From a virus (taxonomy: Duplodnaviria; Caudoviricetes): DNA of 64,000 bases. Shown in pieces: positions 51,413 to 62,232 of this stretch (the first letter of the stretch is position 1; each line of letters starts with the position of its first letter). The notes under the pieces are model-generated. The model searched no databases and was not told the origin of the DNA. It saw only the letters and a list, made by a program, of their open reading frames with translations. The stretch lies in IMG/VR virus record IMGVR_UViG_3300035498_000654, positions 18,703 through 82,702 of that record, one strand, 5' to 3'. The translations under genes were made by a program, and so were the position numbers.

Positions 51413-52477
51413 ATGAAACTTTATTTTCAACATGTTGATGAATCAGACGAAACTTTATTTGGAACAGTAACAAGTCTTGCATATATAGATGATACTGATC
51501 CTTCTATGGTTTTATATGTCTTCACAGATGGCACTAAATGTAATCAACAATTAGTTGCACCTATTAATACAGAGGAACCTCAACTTGCATATGCGATGAC
51601 ACAAGTCGAGAGTCCTACTAATGCATTTAAATTCTCAAAGAACGAGAATCTTGGAGAACCTATTATTAAAGGACAAAATGCAGATAAAGAAGAGGTAATT
51701 ATATATAATCCAAATTTCTTTGATTATAATGGTAATCCTAAACGAGTACGAAAAATGAAGATTGATAAACCAGCTAAGTTTACCAATAAAAAGTTTGATG
51801 ATATTTCAGATTATTATATCACTAAAATTCAAGATGATATTGAAAATGGTGAACCTATTAATCCTGAAATTGATACCGCTAAATTACCTGATTGGATAAA
51901 CACGAAAAATATTGTCCAAGCTAAAACAATAGTTAAAGAAATTGACAATTCAGTTGAACCTCAAGAATATAATATTAAAGATGATATTATAGCTACTGAT
52001 TGTATAAAAGCAGATAATCTCAGTGTAACTCTATCTAATATGAGTAATGATTTAAATATTCATTTTAAGGATAATAAATCAAGTTTAATTGTTAAATTAG
52101 ATAATGGCAACATTAGTACATTAACATTTGACAATGGTGTAGAAACTAAGGAATTTACTGATGAAGAATTCATTGAACAACTTGGTTATGAAAAACCTAA
52201 ATTTGGAGAGTTAAATGTTGAAAATGCTGATAAGTCTATTGTTACATTAGTTAATGGTATGATTGACCAATCTGATAAAGAAGCATCAGATATTAATTTG
52301 GTGCTTGGTCTTGAAATTCCACCTAAAGCATTGTTTGATGTAATTAAAAAAGTATATAAAGAACAGCATACTAAACAGTTTGTTACTACTATTGCTAATA
52401 GAATACCTGATGATGTTCTAAGACAAGCAATTGCAGATGGTTTATATGCTTATTATGATGGTAATGAAAATGAATGA
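51413..52477 (+). CDS. Hypothetical protein
   Basis: 354-aa ORF. Confidence 0.7.
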   Translation: MKLYFQHVDESDETLFGTVTSLAYIDDTDPSMVLYVFTDGTKCNQQLVAPINTEEPQLAYAMTQVESPTNAFKFSKNENLGEPIIKGQNADKEEVIIYNPNFFDYNGNPKRVRKMKIDKPAKFTNKKFDDISDYYITKIQDDIENGEPINPEIDTAKLPDWINTKNIVQAKTIVKEIDNSVEPQEYNIKDDIIATDCIKADNLSVTLSNMSNDLNIHFKDNKSSLIVKLDNGNISTLTFDNGVETKEFTDEEFIEQLGYEKPKFGELNVENADKSIVTLVNGMIDQSDKEASDINLVLGLEIPPKALFDVIKKVYKEQHTKQFVTTIANRIPDDVLRQAIADGLYAYYDGNENE

Positions 52478-53039
52478 TAAGTTTTTAAATTACATAAAAG
52501 AAAATGGAATAACTGATAAATCAACTGACAATATAGTTGAGACTCATTCAGATGATATTCGAAATAAATTAATACATAACATAGAAATGGCAGAACAAGA
52601 TATTAATGATATAACACCAGGGCAGCCTGTTGAATCTGATAAAGAAGCACAGTCATTAGCTGAACTTAAAGAAAGGGCATCACTTGAATTGCTGAGTACT
52701 GTTGCTACTAATAAAGCTAAAGAACAACAAGCATTGGAAAAGAAACGCCCATTAGAAGATCGTATTAAAGATTATTATATTAAAGCCAGTATTTCATCAT
52801 CAAAAACATATTACTTGGAAAAAAATGGTTTTGTTATGACTGGCCAACAAGAACGTAAACTTCGTAGACAACTTGAGCATAATTATGGAAAGCCTGGTTA
52901 TAAGCCAACAGCTGAGCAAAGAGAACAGATTATTTCATATTTGAATATGCCATCATCAGAAAAGCAAAAAGCACAAGAAACTCAAAGAAATAATCGTTCA
53001 ACTGCACAAAGTATTAATAGTTTAATGTCAATGATTTAA
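52470..53039 (+). CDS. Hypothetical protein
   Basis: The likely start ATG at 52470 overlaps the end of the previous gene by 8 nt. Confidence 0.65.
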   Translation: MNDKFLNYIKENGITDKSTDNIVETHSDDIRNKLIHNIEMAEQDINDITPGQPVESDKEAQSLAELKERASLELLSTVATNKAKEQQALEKKRPLEDRIKDYYIKASISSSKTYYLEKNGFVMTGQQERKLRRQLEHNYGKPGYKPTAEQREQIISYLNMPSSEKQKAQETQRNNRSTAQSINSLMSMI

Positions 53040-53042
53040 TTA

Positions 53043-53852
53043 ATGTCACAAAAGAAACCCAATAATACATTATTCGAAATTCTATCTTCTATCGTGGACC
53101 ATATATATGTTTTAAATATGTCTAATCGTCCCGATAGAAGAGAAAGAATTTTATATCAGTTAAAATATATAGGATATGATGAAAATAATATAGATCATAT
53201 CAAAAAACTATCTTTTATATATGCAACAAAGTTTCCTTATAATGAATTAATAACTGATGCATTTAATAAACATGTAGGTTATGAAAGATTGCATTATCCT
53301 AATGAATTTGATTGTACCAGAAATCATTATAGTATAGTAAAGCAATCACTGGATCTTGGATATAATAAAATATTGGTTATTGAAGATGACGTGTGTTTAT
53401 TAGATACAGAATATTTTATTGATATAATAACTAATATACCAGATGACTTTGATATATTACAAATGTGTGGGTTTTCTCAAGATATTAATGTAGAAAAGTA
53501 CTATAAGCTGTATAATGATAATAATATTAAATTCATAAAGAATCCAGCCATAACAGGGTTATGGAATGCCGGATTTTATATGTTAAGTAAACAAGGAATG
53601 AAATATTATATATCATTTATAAATCAAAGATTTGGAGCAGCAGATACACCATTTTTTGTATTACCTACAATAAAGCATAATTTAAATTATTATATTACAA
53701 GTATTCCATTAGCTATACAGAATCATTCTAAATCTTTAAGTGATATACGTCCATTAGATCATGATGTACAATATGGATTAACGGTTGATTATAATATTAA
53801 CTACTATGAAAGTCAAATAGACAAATCACGATATATACAATATAATAAGTAA
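53043..53852 (+). CDS. Glycosyltransferase family 25
   Basis: IYVLNMSNRPDRRERI, CTRNHYSIVK, ILVIEDD, DFDILQM, NAGFYMLS. Confidence 0.8.
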   Translation: MSQKKPNNTLFEILSSIVDHIYVLNMSNRPDRRERILYQLKYIGYDENNIDHIKKLSFIYATKFPYNELITDAFNKHVGYERLHYPNEFDCTRNHYSIVKQSLDLGYNKILVIEDDVCLLDTEYFIDIITNIPDDFDILQMCGFSQDINVEKYYKLYNDNNIKFIKNPAITGLWNAGFYMLSKQGMKYYISFINQRFGAADTPFFVLPTIKHNLNYYITSIPLAIQNHSKSLSDIRPLDHDVQYGLTVDYNINYYESQIDKSRYIQYNK

Positions 53853-54063
53853 TTAGAAAAAGTAATGATACCACCAAAGTTGAAGCCAAAAAATTTTACC
53901 ATATATACAGGTGAAAAATTAAAAAATCTATAGGAAATTACATTGAATATAGAGGTTCCCGAAAAAAAGACAACGAATGAAAAACCTGCTATAATATATG
54001 TAAGCAAAAAGAAACCAACCAACAAATTAAATACATTATTTTAAACTTTTTGTTTAATAAAAA

Positions 54064-54138
54064 TGCCTCATAGTGTAATGGTTAGCACGAGGGACTCTAA
54101 CTCCCTACGTCTCTGTTCGAACCAGAGTGGGGCGACCA
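54064..54138 (+). tRNA. Amber suppressor tRNA (anticodon CTA), Gln-type body
   Basis: Anticodon stem aggga/tccct with loop CT-CTA-AC, T-arm ctctg-ttcgaac-cagag, U1 start, encoded CCA. Confidence 0.92.
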
Positions 54139-54189
54139 ATAAAACCATAATATTTGGTTTAACTAAAATACTAATAATCTAAAAACCGG

Positions 54190-54441
54190 ATGAATAATGA
54201 AACAAAAAGAGACAATATAGTTTTACTTTTAAATAGACTTAAAAGTCTTGCTATTATAGTAGATTTGAATGTTCCATACAAGAATGGGTATCCATCAATT
54301 ACTACTGGATATGATGATATTATTGCATTAATATCAAAATTGAGAACATATATTAAAGAGCAAGGCCAATTAAATTCACAAGAATATCTTAATTTTGAAG
54401 ATAATTTAAATAAATTATCAATAACAGATCCAAATGATTAA
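54190..54441 (+). CDS. Hypothetical protein
   Basis: 83-aa ORF. Confidence 0.5.
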   Translation: MNNETKRDNIVLLLNRLKSLAIIVDLNVPYKNGYPSITTGYDDIIALISKLRTYIKEQGQLNSQEYLNFEDNLNKLSITDPND

Positions 54442-54550
54442 TAAATAATTTGCAATAATTAACATTAAATTATTTTGGTAATTCAAATAAATTAGTTATC
54501 TTTGCAATGTTATTAAACATAATATTAAGAAAATTAACAACACCAATCTT

Positions 54551-54724
54551 ATGAAGACAATTCTAATCATTATCGCAATTTTTTATGTGATATATTTTGC
54601 ATGGTTCATTTATGAAATTGTACATGCACCTTTAATATCAGATGAAGATGATTTAACGATAGAAGGTTTTACACAAGAGGAAATTGATAATTATCTTAAT
54701 AATCGGGGCCAACGTGGAAATTGA
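54551..54724 (+). CDS. 57-aa single-TM protein whose 3' end overlaps the tmRNA 5' end
   Basis: MKTILIIIAIFYVIYFAWFIYEIV..; directly downstream of promoter 54483-54504. Confidence 0.5.
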   Translation: MKTILIIIAIFYVIYFAWFIYEIVHAPLISDEDDLTIEGFTQEEIDNYLNNRGQRGN

Positions 54725-55070
54725 TTACAATCATAGTTGGTATAGGAATCATGTAGCGTCAACTGACTTTAAGTTGAAAAACTTCAAATTTAAACGGCGA
54801 ATATAACGAATATCGCATGGCTGCCTAACCTTGGAGGTTGGATGATTTTATTAGCCTGAGTGTGTACGACTTGCACTTGTAAACAGAATCAAAAAGTCGT
54901 GAAATGTAAACAAGGTAAGGTTTAATGAAAAAATAGTTAGTGAATATTGAAACCAACCTGTACCTGTAACAAGGTTTGATGAAAAAGACATTTACTAACA
55001 AAACTTGAAACATGTATAAATTCTTATACTGATTCTTTGTAAGACCGGGGTTCGACTCCCCGTGGCTCCA
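54705..55070 (+). ncRNA. ssrA: tmRNA, tag peptide (A)GEYNEYRMAA
   Basis: Acceptor ggggcca/tggctcc-a, T-arm cgggg-ttcgact-ccccg, tag ORF 54796-54828 ending MAA-TAA, similar in form to Bacteroidota GE..Y..AA tags. Confidence 0.9.
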
Positions 55071-55232
55071 CAATAATGATTGGACGGACGTTGTAAAACG
55101 TTGTTGGTATTATGGTTAGGCTGTTTGTGAAAATAGCCTAACTTTTTATTTTATAGTAAATACATTATCAAAATAAACATATACATGATAATTCTCTATA
55201 ATATAAAGAATTATATAAACATATAAATTAAA

Positions 55233-57095
55233 ATGCCAAAGAAATTTATAATACGAAATTTTAAACCTGGTTAGAGATCACATAATAAGGTAACTGACCT
55301 TATTAGTTTATCAGCTCTTGGTTTTAATAATGACGCTAATATCTTCAAAGCATCTATGGCTTATGGTGTGTCTGAAACAACAGAACAGACAACATCACAG
55401 GCTTATATGGGTGTAAGTGATACATTAAATACATCTAAGTTCAATCGATATAAAGATATAACAAAGAATCAAGCATCATCATTTGCATTCTTTGATATGT
55501 CATATCCACAAAGAAGAGATTATTTAAGGCAATTTGCATGTGATAATGAAATCAACTTTATTCTGGATACCATATCAAATGAAAGTATTGTACAAGATGA
55601 GAATGGGTATTTTGCATATCTTGATATGGATAAACTTAAATTAGCTCTAAATAAAGACTTTAAAGATACAAGAGCACAAACTAATGCAGACAGATTAATA
55701 ACAGATTGTCAGATTGCATTTGATACAATTTATTCATGTTATGGTTGGGAAAGCTCAACAGATGGTTGGAATTATTATAAGAAATTTTTAATAGATGGTT
55801 TCTTGGCATTTGAAATCATATTTGATGACCCTAAAAATCCAACATCTATTGTTGCTTTTAAAGAATTAGATCCAAGTACATTAGAGCCTGAAATACACAT
55901 TTATAATGATCAAGAAGTACAAGTATGGTATCAATTCCGTGGTGAGGAAAGAGAACGTATTATACCAGATGCAAATATAATTTATATTTCATGGGTTGGT
56001 ATGAATTTTGCGAACCAAACTCGTATATCATATCTTGAAGGTTTAGTAAGACCATTTAATATATTAAGACAACTTGAAAACGCACATTGTATTTGGAATA
56101 TCCAGAATTCTCAAAAGAGAATTAAGATAACAGTTCCAGTAGGTTCAATGACTGAAGCTAAAGCACAAAACCGTGTATCTGAGTTATTGGCAGATTGGAA
56201 TGAAGAAGTTGTTATTGATAATGCAAGTGGTGAAGTAACTATTAATGGCTATCCTAAATTCTCATTTGCTAAAACATATGTGATACCACAACGAGATAGC
56301 GGTACTACTAATATTGAAGAAGTTGGTGGTGAAGGATACGATATGAATACTACAGAATCACTACAATATTTCTGGAGAAAATTCATATTGGAATCACAAG
56401 TGCCTGCTAATAGATTTACATTGAATATATCAAGTCCTCCTTCAAATAATCTAAATCTTGATGCAAGTGTATCCAGAGAGGAATATGCTTTTTCACGATT
56501 CATACAACGTATTAGAACTGTCTATAAAGAAATACTGTTGAAGCCATTATGGATTCAAGTATGTTTAATGCATCCTGAAATTGCAAAATCTGATTATCTT
56601 AAATCTTGTTTAGGCATTGTATATAATGAAGAGAATTTATTCATGCTTGCTAAGAAAAGAGCAACTGTTTCTGAAGGTGCAACCACTGTCGGTACATTAT
56701 CTGGCATGCAAGATAGCACAGGCAAACCAATATTTTCCATTGAATGGCTTATTAAAGAATTTATGGGATTAACTGATACTGATCTTGAAATGAATAGACA
56801 TTATATGGAAAAAGAAATCCTTAATGATATTAAACGTCAGAAACTTATTAAGAAACATCAAGAGAGTGCTCAGCCTGCAACACAAGCGGGTGACCAGCAA
56901 GCTGCTGATAACGGTGGTTTCGGTGGTGATACTGGAGGCGGTATGGACTTTGGTGGAGGCTTCGGTGGTGATACTGGAGGCGGTATGGACTTTGGTAGTG
57001 ATACTGGAGGTGGTTTTGGTGCCAGTGATACTGGAGGAGATACAGGTGGTGCTGAAGCTGCACCTGCTGATACTGGTGGCGGATTTGGCGAATAA
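55233..57095 (+). CDS. gp20: Portal vertex protein, T4 gp20-like (620 aa with upstream start through one TAG)
   Basis: KFLIDG, LRQLENAHCIW..VPVGSM..KA, YVIPQRDSG..IEEVGG, YFWRK..VPANR, REEYAFSRFI; ATG 55233 is in frame with the listed ORF. Confidence 0.88.
56913..57092 (+). repeat. Gly/Asp-rich tandem repeat (GGFGGDTGGGMDF) in the portal C-terminal tail
   Basis: ggtggtgatactggaggcggtatggacttt occurs twice exactly, plus degenerate copies. Confidence 0.8.
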
Positions 57096-57161
57096 TGACA
57101 ACATATTGAAAATATACTATAAATAGATGAAAGATAATTAGTTTCTTTCATCTATTTTTAT

Positions 57162-58241
57162 ATGGATTTCAATAACATACTATATAATAAATCAAACAAT
57201 ATTTCTGAAGATTTTGACTTTAATAAAGTTAAACATCGTAATACTGATATTGATGCAATGGATAGCTATATTAAATTAAAGGTTGCTATAGATTGTTTGC
57301 AAAATAAGTATAATATGAAATGTGTGCCATCTACTGATAGAGACAATATGTATTATATATACTCGCTACTTGGTGTCAATGACGAAATTGGAAAGATTGA
57401 TAAGTATAATGGTATATTATATACAGATGGTTCAGATTTAGTATTTGAATATATTAGCACAATGGCACAAGTATTTAAATATGCTGAAGCTGATATGCGT
57501 TTAGGATTTGCAATATTATCAGATGAAATTCCTATTGATAGATTTATTTTAAGAGTAACAAAAGATCATAATTGGTATTCATCATATATAGAATTATATG
57601 CATAGGATTATAATATGCTATAGAAACTTATAGAAATCTTAGAAATATTACCAGATAATAATTGCAGTACAGTAAATCCTGAAATTTTATTGAGTGTATA
57701 TAGTGATTCAGAAATATCTGATGATAGTAATACTGTACCAGATAATTATTTAGATATTGTTAAACAGTTAGACAAAAAGTTTCCTAATATAAAATTATTA
57801 TTTGCACCAATGCCTATATCAAAAAGTTATAGAAAAAATGTATATAGAGCATTTTTTAGTAATAAAAAATATTTTCCATATGGCATATTTAATAATCCAG
57901 AAGATTGTAGGAGTTATTTGGAATCTAAGGGATATTCAATACCATCGGAATATTATATTAAATCTTTTGCTAAAGATTTTTAGAATAAACACTTACCACA
58001 TAAAAAGGAAAATGGCAGGTCATATCAAAATATTATGGGCTTTATATCTGAAATTATATTAACACCACGTATTAATTTATATACATTATGTAATGTCCAT
58101 ACTATTATGAAGGCTATTAATACTAATGATACATCTTCTATAACAAACACTGCACTTGAAGATTCTATAGGAATAGATAGTTTGCCTATTAAAGTAAAAT
58201 ATGCTTATATAGGTTATATAAACTACTTAATTTGGAAATGA
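57162..58241 (+). CDS. 359-aa hypothetical protein (3 TAG; joins three listed ORFs)
   Basis: ORFs 57162, 57690 and 58035 are all in one frame and linked only by TAG; ends in TGA; TATAAATA upstream. Confidence 0.7.
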
Positions 58242-58298
58242 TATATATCATATACGATAATATATTATTATATAAAAAATTAATGAGGAAATATCATC

Positions 58299-59045
58299 AT
58301 GAAAGTTAAAGATATAACAGCTACACTTGGTGGTTTAATAAATCAAGCAAATCAACAAGCAAATAATAATCCATATACAGGACAAGGTAATCCATTAAAT
58401 CCTGGACCTGTATATGGATCACCAGAAGATTCTATACCAGATGAATTATAGGATGAACCAATATTTGAAATCGATTATAAATCTGAACAGGAACAATGTA
58501 TAGATAAAGCAAGAAAATCTATCATGATTGTTGTTAGAGAAGTTGTACCCGAAACATTACAAGAAACTTCTCTTATACAAGATAAAATAGATTAGGATGC
58601 TGAACAACTTGGAAACTTATATTATCAATATGTAAAGAAAGAAACATATCATCAAGCTATGATGGATTTGATTGCTCGGGGTAATCACAATGTAAAGATG
58701 TTTGAAGTGTGTGAAAAAATATCAAGATCTCTTGAAGACCTTGGTTCTAAAATAACAGAACTTCAAAATCAATTTAGAAAATATTATATTGATACATATA
58801 AGGATATACAATATAAGGAACAAGAAGATGAATATATTGCAGAAAATGGAGGTTCTACTGTACATGCTGGTTTACCATCATCACAACATAATAAAGCTGA
58901 AGTTATTACATCTGCTGATAATGTAAAATCATTATCTAATCGTATAGTAGGAACCGAAGCAGTATCCAAAATATTATCGGAACAAAAGAAAGAAAAATTA
59001 AAAGCAATGGCAATGGCTGAAACAGCTGAGCCTATACAGCAATAA
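58299..59045 (+). CDS. Probable terminase small subunit, gp16-like (248 aa, 2 TAG)
   Basis: NVKMFEVCEKISRSLEDLGSKITELQ resembles the gp16 R/K-x-FEV helical motif; upstream part reachable only through TAG. Confidence 0.45.
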
Positions 59046-59074
59046 AAATAAAATACAAAATAATCTACAGTAAC

Positions 59075-59407
59075 ATGGCGAATTTACTTATAGAATATAA
59101 ACATGCAAAATTTGCAAAGGTAAACACCACAAAGAATAATATATCAATTATTGATTCTTATAAAATTAAAAAACGTTCTGATCAAAATGCTCTTATTAGT
59201 GAATTAAGATCATTATATACAGATGATAAAAATAATGTACTTGATAATAGAAGTGATTTTTCATTAATATGTGAATGGAGAACACATAATCTATTATATG
59301 CATTACATGTATTAAGAGACCATACTGGAACAGTTGATTTAGAATATCCACAACCTTGGTATATGAAAGTTGGATACTTTATTGGTTCTTTATTTTATTG
59401 GATATAA
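59075..59407 (+). CDS. Hypothetical protein
   Basis: 110-aa ORF. Confidence 0.65.
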   Translation: MANLLIEYKHAKFAKVNTTKNNISIIDSYKIKKRSDQNALISELRSLYTDDKNNVLDNRSDFSLICEWRTHNLLYALHVLRDHTGTVDLEYPQPWYMKVGYFIGSLFYWI

Positions 59408-59428
59408 TTTATAAAATAAAAATATATT

Positions 59429-59848
59429 ATGAAATACGATGTTTGTTATATAAATGATGGTATCCATGGTCAACAAATGTTTACTATATGTGGAGATTGG
59501 GTTGACTATGACGAGGATTATCAAATCTATGATGAAAGATATTATGATCCAGAAGATCCATTTAGAGGTTCCAGACGATATAAAATTGCTATATTAGAAA
59601 ATAAGAATTGTATTAATACATTAAGAAAACGCCATAAGATACCAGAGGAATCTGATAAAGATTGGCAAGAATTTTATAATGAGATAACAAACTTTAATAA
59701 GATTGCTGATGAAAGATTTGATTTAAGTAACAAAATCAATAATTCAAAATCATCGGATGAAGATTCTTTTATTGAAGAACAATTTAATAATTTTATTGAT
59801 GCTTGGGTAGAAGAATGGTCAAATAAAGTAAAATGGTTATTTTGGTAA
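59429..59848 (+). CDS. Hypothetical protein
   Basis: 139-aa ORF. Confidence 0.65.
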   Translation: MKYDVCYINDGIHGQQMFTICGDWVDYDEDYQIYDERYYDPEDPFRGSRRYKIAILENKNCINTLRKRHKIPEESDKDWQEFYNEITNFNKIADERFDLSNKINNSKSSDEDSFIEEQFNNFIDAWVEEWSNKVKWLFW

Positions 59849-59856
59849 GTTAAACT

Positions 59857-60147
59857 ATGAAACATTATATAAGAATTGGTGAAATATCAGATAATCCAAA
59901 ATCTTTATTATAGGTATACGATGTTACTTTAATTGATTGTAAATGGCGACTTGTATTACCTGAATATATAAACCAAAATATTTGTGATAATTTATATGCT
60001 AGCCTTAGTAATATTGAATACCATAATGAACCATCATATATAGTAACTGGTAAATTATGGGGATACGATAATAATGGTTGTCCATTAATCACAGATGTTA
60101 AAATTGAAGATAAAATAAAAATTTTTAAAAATGAAAACAATAGATAA
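59857..60147 (+). CDS. 96-aa hypothetical protein (1 TAG; absent from ORF track)
   Basis: MKHYIRIGEI..LL*VYD..YIVTGKLWGYDNNGCPLI fills the gap between co-oriented genes. Confidence 0.6.
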
Positions 60148-60661
60148 TCCTATATATGGTATAGAACTTGATCAATATACATATATGTGTAATACCATAT
60201 TAGAAACAATTGAAACTGATATAGGCCATTATAGAAAATCTTTAACAAGTCAATATCAATTATGGTTAGTTGAACATCCAAATGATATAGAAGAGTCCAA
60301 TAAGTTAAAAGATTCACTTAATATAAAATTCAAAACTTTAACAAATAGATTATTGCAAAAATCATTGAATATTGATTATTATAAGATGTATTCAATCGGT
60401 TCTAAATTTAAGGTTGATTTTAATAGTAACAATTATTGTATCATTACAAATACTGAATTTGAATATCCAGATTTATGGTTAAATGAATACAATAGAGTTG
60501 CTATTAAGAATATACATTATTATATATATAATAATGATAATAATATTATTAGTAATAATACTATGTGTTATCCAGAAAATAATTTGCAATTATCAAATTT
60601 TTGTATAGAACCGGATTTAAAAATAGATCAATTACATGATTTTATAAGATCATTAATTTAA
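60131..60661 (+). CDS. Hypothetical protein
   Basis: 176-aa ORF. Confidence 0.6.
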   Translation: MKTIDNPIYGIELDQYTYMCNTILETIETDIGHYRKSLTSQYQLWLVEHPNDIEESNKLKDSLNIKFKTLTNRLLQKSLNIDYYKMYSIGSKFKVDFNSNNYCIITNTEFEYPDLWLNEYNRVAIKNIHYYIYNNDNNIISNNTMCYPENNLQLSNFCIEPDLKIDQLHDFIRSLI

Positions 60662-60681
60662 AAATATAATATATAAAAGAT

Positions 60682-61230
60682 ATGGGCAGCTATATTGACA
60701 CATTAATATCAGAATATGATATTGATACTATATTACGAATGAAAGAATCTTTTGAATCCATTGTAAAATCTAATATTAAACATTCAAGAGATCATCTCAA
60801 TAAAATAAACAAAAAAGCTATAGAAGATTGTAGATATGAAGAGGATTTAAAAAATATAATTGAATCATCACATAGAATGTTCGATTTGGATACTAAATCA
60901 ACTATTGCTGATTATTTGTCTTTAGAATATTTTGATTTATTTAAAACAGGATCCATGTTTCTACCTAATGATACTGACTATTATATTAGCGAAGTAATCA
61001 GTTATGACATAGCAATGCCAACTTTTGATAATGATTTAGACATTCCTGTAATTACTCTTATAACTGTAAGAAATACAAAGAATCCTAATGCAACATGTAT
61101 TTATGATGATTTTCCAGAAAATGCAGTTATTGAATATCCATGTGATAAATTAAAAATAGAAAGATTTTTTTATAAGTCAACTTGGAGAGAAGACCGGATA
61201 ATTGCTTTGGAAAATATGAAATCTAAATGA
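60682..61230 (+). CDS. Hypothetical protein
   Basis: 182-aa ORF, similar layout to the previous one. Confidence 0.6.
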   Translation: MGSYIDTLISEYDIDTILRMKESFESIVKSNIKHSRDHLNKINKKAIEDCRYEEDLKNIIESSHRMFDLDTKSTIADYLSLEYFDLFKTGSMFLPNDTDYYISEVISYDIAMPTFDNDLDIPVITLITVRNTKNPNATCIYDDFPENAVIEYPCDKLKIERFFYKSTWREDRIIALENMKSK

Positions 61231-61314
61231 TTAATATTTTTTAACATTGGTTTTTATTCATAATTCAAATATAATGCTTATCTTTGTATTGTTAATTAAA
61301 AAACAAATATTAAT

Positions 61315-61854
61315 ATGAATAATCCGTTTGGACAATATCCGCAATACGTTGCCATAGTTAATATACCAGAATTTGGGATTAACGAAGGAGATATTATAGT
61401 TATATATAAAGATAAGATATATAATACAACAACATGTAAAGAAATACCGGGTCTTTCGAATTTTGATACTAAATATTTCATTAAAATTTCTGATTGGGCT
61501 TCTAAATGGCAATATGGAATACATCTTGCTATAACATATAAAGGTGAACATCAATTCGATGCAATACTATGTGATGATAATCCTGAAGAAATGTTATTGG
61601 CACCAGATGATCATATTCATTATCCAGATTATGTTACTTTAAGTAAAATTTGTGAATATTTCCATGATTATTCATTCAAAGAAATTTCATATTATTACTA
61701 TGTCGATTCTGATGGAACAACTCAATTGGCATTGGTCGGTGAAAATGAATCACAAGATTTAAAAAGAAAAGAAATAAAAAATTATTTCTATGATAAGACA
61801 ACTGCTATAAATGTTGCTAATAAATTTATATCAATGTTGAAATCATTTGAATAA
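61315..61854 (+). CDS. Hypothetical protein
   Basis: 179-aa ORF behind host-type promoter 61265-61286. Confidence 0.65.
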   Translation: MNNPFGQYPQYVAIVNIPEFGINEGDIIVIYKDKIYNTTTCKEIPGLSNFDTKYFIKISDWASKWQYGIHLAITYKGEHQFDAILCDDNPEEMLLAPDDHIHYPDYVTLSKICEYFHDYSFKEISYYYYVDSDGTTQLALVGENESQDLKRKEIKNYFYDKTTAINVANKFISMLKSFE

Positions 61855-61861
61855 TCAAATA

Positions 61862-61948
61862 GGAAGGTTGGGTGAGTGGCTTAAACCACATCTCTGCTAA
61901 AGATGCGTACTGGAAACGGTACCGCTGGTTCGAATCCAGCACCTTCCG
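61862..61948 (+). tRNA. trnS: tRNA-Ser(GCT)
   Basis: ggaaggt/accttcc acceptor, catct-CTGCTAA-agatg anticodon arm, long variable arm, G73. Confidence 0.92.
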
Positions 61949-61978
61949 CTAATTATTAAATTAAAAAAAGATATTATA

Positions 61979-62215
61979 ATGAAGAATTCAGATAGAGAAC
62001 AAGTTTTGAATCAGCTTGTAAATTTTGCAAAGAAAAATCATTTCATGGGATTGCCTTTCGGTGATGTGATTGATGAATATGAGCAAACATTGGAAACAGC
62101 TGAAGCATATGAAGACCTTGATGATTATGACGATGATGAATATGAAGAAGAATCAGATTATCAAGAATATGATTATGATGAGGATGATGAAGATAACAGA
62201 GATCCTTATATGTAA
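61979..62215 (+). CDS. Small acidic hypothetical protein
   Basis: 78-aa ORF with D/E/Y-rich tail. Confidence 0.55.
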   Translation: MKNSDREQVLNQLVNFAKKNHFMGLPFGDVIDEYEQTLETAEAYEDLDDYDDDEYEEESDYQEYDYDEDDEDNRDPYM

Positions 62216-62232
62216 TCCTTAAAATATGGATT

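Noticed and set aside
54825-55073. 82-aa minus-strand ORF
   Set aside because: Antisense shadow of the tmRNA (WSHGESNPG is the reverse of the T-arm).
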